Shown here: piece after piece, positions 60,815-64,000 of the stretch | How the letters are laid out: the number at the start of each line of letters is the position of its first letter | How positions within the stretch are numbered: position 1 is the first letter of the stretch | Assembly: GCA_963843575.1 (NCBI GenBank) | Contig: CAWJKZ010000013.1 | Coordinates: 736,001-800,000, forward strand | Length of the DNA: 64,000 nt | Direction of reading: 5' to 3' | Origin: an uncultured Acidobacteriota bacterium | GTDB lineage: Bacteria; Acidobacteriota; UBA6911 | Notes under the pieces: model-generated | What the model was told of the DNA's origin: nothing | The model's database searches: none | What the model saw: only the letters and a program-made list of their open reading frames with translations | Position numbers and translations under genes: made by a program

Positions 60815-61549
60815 ATGGATCGGAAAGTCGCGTTGATTACCGGGGGCGTGCGCGGGATCGGGCGCGCCGTCGCCAGGCTGCTGGCGGGGCGCGGCTGGGC
60901 CGTGGCGGCTTCCTATCGCACGAGCCAGGACGCTGCGGAGCGGTTCGAGGCGGAGATGCGTACGATGGACGCGCCGGGAACCGCCGTCCGGTGTGACGTC
61001 TCCCACGCCGCGGCGGCCGCCGACCTCGTGCGCCTGGTGGAGTCCCGGTTCGGCCGGGTCGACGCCCTGGTCAACTGTGCGGGCCCCTTCCACCGCGTGC
61101 CCCTGCTCGAGGAGACGCCGGAAGGCTGGCATTCGATGTTCGACAACAATCTCCACCCGGTCTTTTACCTCAGCCAGGCGGCGGCCCCGGGTATGAAGGC
61201 GCGGGGGTGGGGGCGCATCGTCAATTTCAGCATGGTCAACGCCGACCGCCTCTCCTCGCAGCCCAATATCACGGCCCACTACATCTCCAAGTGCGGCGTG
61301 ATCATCCTCACCCGAACGCTGGCCAAGATCCTGGCCCCCTACGGCATCACCGTCAACGCCATCTCGCCGGGCTTCATCGAGACCGGTAGCGGAGTAGCGG
61401 AGGATCTCGCGGGGGTCGCCGCCAACATCCCGGCGGGTTATGTCGGCACCCCCGAAGACGTCGCCTCGGCCGTCGCCTACCTTCTCTCGGACGAGGCCCG
61501 CTACGTCAACGGGACCAACCTCCACATCAGCGGGGCGTGGGGGATCTGA
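60815..61549 (+). CDS. SDR family oxidoreductase with atypical catalytic motif
   Basis: TGGVRGIG, VNCAG, NAISPG; HYISK sits where YxxxK is expected. Confidence 0.88.
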   Translation: MDRKVALITGGVRGIGRAVARLLAGRGWAVAASYRTSQDAAERFEAEMRTMDAPGTAVRCDVSHAAAAADLVRLVESRFGRVDALVNCAGPFHRVPLLEETPEGWHSMFDNNLHPVFYLSQAAAPGMKARGWGRIVNFSMVNADRLSSQPNITAHYISKCGVIILTRTLAKILAPYGITVNAISPGFIETGSGVAEDLAGVAANIPAGYVGTPEDVASAVAYLLSDEARYVNGTNLHISGAWGI

Positions 61550-61615
61550 ACGGGCGCGAGTGCTTCGGGGGTGGATGGGAATTCGGGATTGCCCGCCCCA
61601 CGGACCCGTGGCCAG

Positions 61616-62662
61616 CTACGCCTGGGGGCGGCGGAGGAGAGTGACGAGGTCGCTGAACAGGGCGAAGGCGGTCTGCTGCACGCTAGGGTTGTTTTCGACG
61701 ATAGCCAGCTCCCGCATGGTGTCGGTGTTCAGGATCAGGATGTTGCTGAGCCCGCGGATCGCGGCCAGCGGGTCGAATACCTCCAGTTCTTCCGGTTCGA
61801 CTTTGCCGACGACTTTCCCCCCCTGCCGGTACGCTCGGGCGACGAGCCGGATCCGGCGGTCGCGGCGGACCGCGGCGCGCACGAGTTTCCCGGTATCCTC
61901 CGAGATGCCTTCGCGCCGGATGTCCTCCGGTTTCACCGTCCCCCCCATCATCGCCTGAATCAGGATCGAGAGTTTGACGGAGGCGTCCCAGCCGTCGAGG
62001 TCGAGGCTCGGGTCGGCTTCGGCAATCCCCTGGTCCTGAACGTAGCGCAGGGCCGCGTCGAACGGCGCGCCCTGCTCGAGCTGGGTGAGAATGTAGTTGG
62101 TGGTGCTGTTGAGAATACCCCGCAGCGATCGGATGCGCGTCGAAGGGAGCGTCTGGCGGACGAGGTTGAAGACGGGGGCCCCGTCCATCACGGTCCCTTC
62201 ATAGAGGAATCGGACTCCCCTGAGGCGCGCCAGCCGCGAGAGGGAGCGAAAGTGCGTCGCCACCGGCCCTTTGTTCACCGTGACGACGTGAAGACCGGCC
62301 TGGAGCGCCTCGCGGATGTGCGTGGCGGCGGGCTCGCCGCCCAGGTCGAGGACCGTCATCTCGAACAGCACGTCCGCACCGCACTGCCGGATGAAGTCGG
62401 ACGTCGAAGAGCAAGCTGGGCCGTTGTGGAACCGGTCGAGGCCGCTGCGACGCCCCGCCGCCTGCAGGACCTTGCCGGCCGGCAGCCCGGACGCGTCGAT
62501 GCACAACCCGTGGCCGCGGGTGGCGATGCCCGTGATCTTCCACTCCAGCCCAAACTCCCTCAGGAGCCATTTCCGGCGCTCGACGAGAAGCCGGCCGAAA
62601 GCACGGCCTACGTGCCCGAAACCCAGGAGGGCCAGGTTGATTTGTCTGGGCTCTGCGTTCAT
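61616..62662 (-). CDS. hom: Homoserine dehydrogenase (no ACT domain)
   Basis: GFGHVG, VVTVNKGP, YEGTVMDGAP, GILNSTTNYIL, AEADPSLDLDGWD. Confidence 0.88.
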   Translation of the reverse strand: MNAEPRQINLALLGFGHVGRAFGRLLVERRKWLLREFGLEWKITGIATRGHGLCIDASGLPAGKVLQAAGRRSGLDRFHNGPACSSTSDFIRQCGADVLFEMTVLDLGGEPAATHIREALQAGLHVVTVNKGPVATHFRSLSRLARLRGVRFLYEGTVMDGAPVFNLVRQTLPSTRIRSLRGILNSTTNYILTQLEQGAPFDAALRYVQDQGIAEADPSLDLDGWDASVKLSILIQAMMGGTVKPEDIRREGISEDTGKLVRAAVRRDRRIRLVARAYRQGGKVVGKVEPEELEVFDPLAAIRGLSNILILNTDTMRELAIVENNPSVQQTAFALFSDLVTLLRRPQA

Positions 62663-62736
62663 CCTAAACCTCGCGTTGCAGGGTGCTTCCGCGGCCGTCG
62701 ATCGTGCTCAGGGCCGTCGTTTTCCGGCAGTCCCGC

Positions 62737-63897
62737 TCACTCCGGGCGGGCGCCGGCAGTTCCCGTCCACTCCAGGCCGCCATGCACGAGCGACTGGAGG
62801 ACCTCGTGGACGAGCTCCAGCGCCTGCCGCAGATACTCGGGCGGCGGGCCGTACCCGATCCGCAGATAACGGTCCATACCGAAGTGGTCGCCAGGCACGA
62901 CGAGCACGCTCTTTTCCTGCAGGAGGCGTTGCATGAGCTCGGTCGAGTTGATCGGCAGGTCGTAGCGCACATACGCGATCGCCCCCGCGCGGGGCTCGAT
63001 CATCCGGAACATCGAGCCGTGACCGCCCATCCACTCTTCGAACAGCGGGAAATTGACGCGACAGATCCGACGCGTCCGCTCCAGGCAGCGGCTGCGGCCG
63101 TTGGCCGAGAGCGCGACGCGGGCAAGGGCGTCGCTGAGGGTTCCCGGGGCAATGGTGGTGTAGTCGTGGTACGACCACATCTTTGCGACCGTCTCCCTGG
63201 GCGCCACGATCCAGCCGATGCGCAACCCCGGGAGCCCGTATGCCTTCGACAGGCCGTTGGTGACGATGACACGATCGTACCGGCCATAGAAAGTGGGCGT
63301 CGTCCTGCCGTCCCGCTCCGATCCCTGGTAGATCTCGTCGACCAGGAGCCATGAGCCCTGACGTTCGGCGATCCGGACGATCGCGTCCATCTCCGCCCCG
63401 GTCAGGATCGCCCCCGTCGGATTGTTGGGATTGCAGACGACGATCATGCGGGTCTTGGCCGAAACGGCAGCTTCCAGCTCCGCCAGGTCCGGCGCCCAGT
63501 TCCGGCTTTCCTGTAGCCGGACCTCGCGCACGACCATGCCCAAACTGTTGGCGAGACCCCAGATCTGCTGGTAATTCGGGAGGACGATGACGACCTCGTC
63601 GCCCGGCTCGAGCATCGAGTAGACGGAGACGAAATTGGCCTCGCTCCCCCCGTTGGTGACCTCGACGTTGTCCAGGGTCGCGCCCGGGTACAGCGCCGCG
63701 ATGGCCGCGCGCAGCTCGTCGGTCCCGTTGCTCTGGTTGTAGATCAGGGGAGTGTCGAGCAAACCGTCCAGGAAATCGGGGTCCGCGATCAAGTCACGCA
63801 CGGACATCGGGTGCACGCTGCTCTCCGACAGGTTGAACCGCACGCGGTTCTCCCAAGTGGATTGCAGGCGTTCCATCGCGAAGGTATCCAGTCGCAT
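62737..63897 (-). CDS. PLP-dependent aminotransferase class I/II
   Basis: CNPNNPTG, VDEIY, GLSKAYGLPGLRIGW. Confidence 0.92.
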   Translation of the reverse strand: MRLDTFAMERLQSTWENRVRFNLSESSVHPMSVRDLIADPDFLDGLLDTPLIYNQSNGTDELRAAIAALYPGATLDNVEVTNGGSEANFVSVYSMLEPGDEVVIVLPNYQQIWGLANSLGMVVREVRLQESRNWAPDLAELEAAVSAKTRMIVVCNPNNPTGAILTGAEMDAIVRIAERQGSWLLVDEIYQGSERDGRTTPTFYGRYDRVIVTNGLSKAYGLPGLRIGWIVAPRETVAKMWSYHDYTTIAPGTLSDALARVALSANGRSRCLERTRRICRVNFPLFEEWMGGHGSMFRMIEPRAGAIAYVRYDLPINSTELMQRLLQEKSVLVVPGDHFGMDRYLRIGYGPPPEYLRQALELVHEVLQSLVHGGLEWTGTAGARPE

Positions 63898-64000
63898 CCA
63901 CTGCTCCATTTCGCGCCACATGCCGGGTTCGACGCGAGTGCGATATTACAGCAATGTCATTCGCTCATGAGAAAAATGAGGGGGCGCACGTCGTCCTCGG

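Overview
A gene-dense, GC-rich bacterial chromosome segment. The carboxypeptidase-domain TonB receptor, paired MacB-type permeases and many exported hypothetical proteins suggest an Acidobacteriota-like organism (inference). There are about 55 real genes; most other ORFs in the track are shadow ORFs. No rRNA, tRNA or CRISPR array was seen. Main blocks: (1) dksA/EamA/pduO/LOG and an ABC permease pair; (2) a phosphate locus pstSCA-pstB-pstB-phoU-phoB, a TonB-dependent transporter and a convergent phoR, with 11-bp-periodic PHO-box-like arrays; (3) an F420-type LLM oxidoreductase, a Ni/Co ECF transporter, thiC and ilvD; (4) a 12-kb divergent (amino-)sugar locus; (5) a decayed RHS plus primase-like mobile-element relic next to a YhaO/YhaN (Mre11/Rad50-like) pair; (6) housekeeping genes. 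At least 13 single-base frame breaks, mostly one extra base, look like long-read consensus errors. They create two false fusions (PstS-PstC, PfkB-M20) and probably hide one real fusion, a GHMP sugar kinase joined to a GlmU-like nucleotidyltransferase. Best leads: that hidden bifunctional salvage enzyme and its locus; the reciprocally degenerate PstB pair, which predicts an asymmetric phosphate importer with one active ATP site; the PHO-box-controlled TonB transporter; and several GTGG/GGAG REP families. All family assignments come from motif reading, not database searches.
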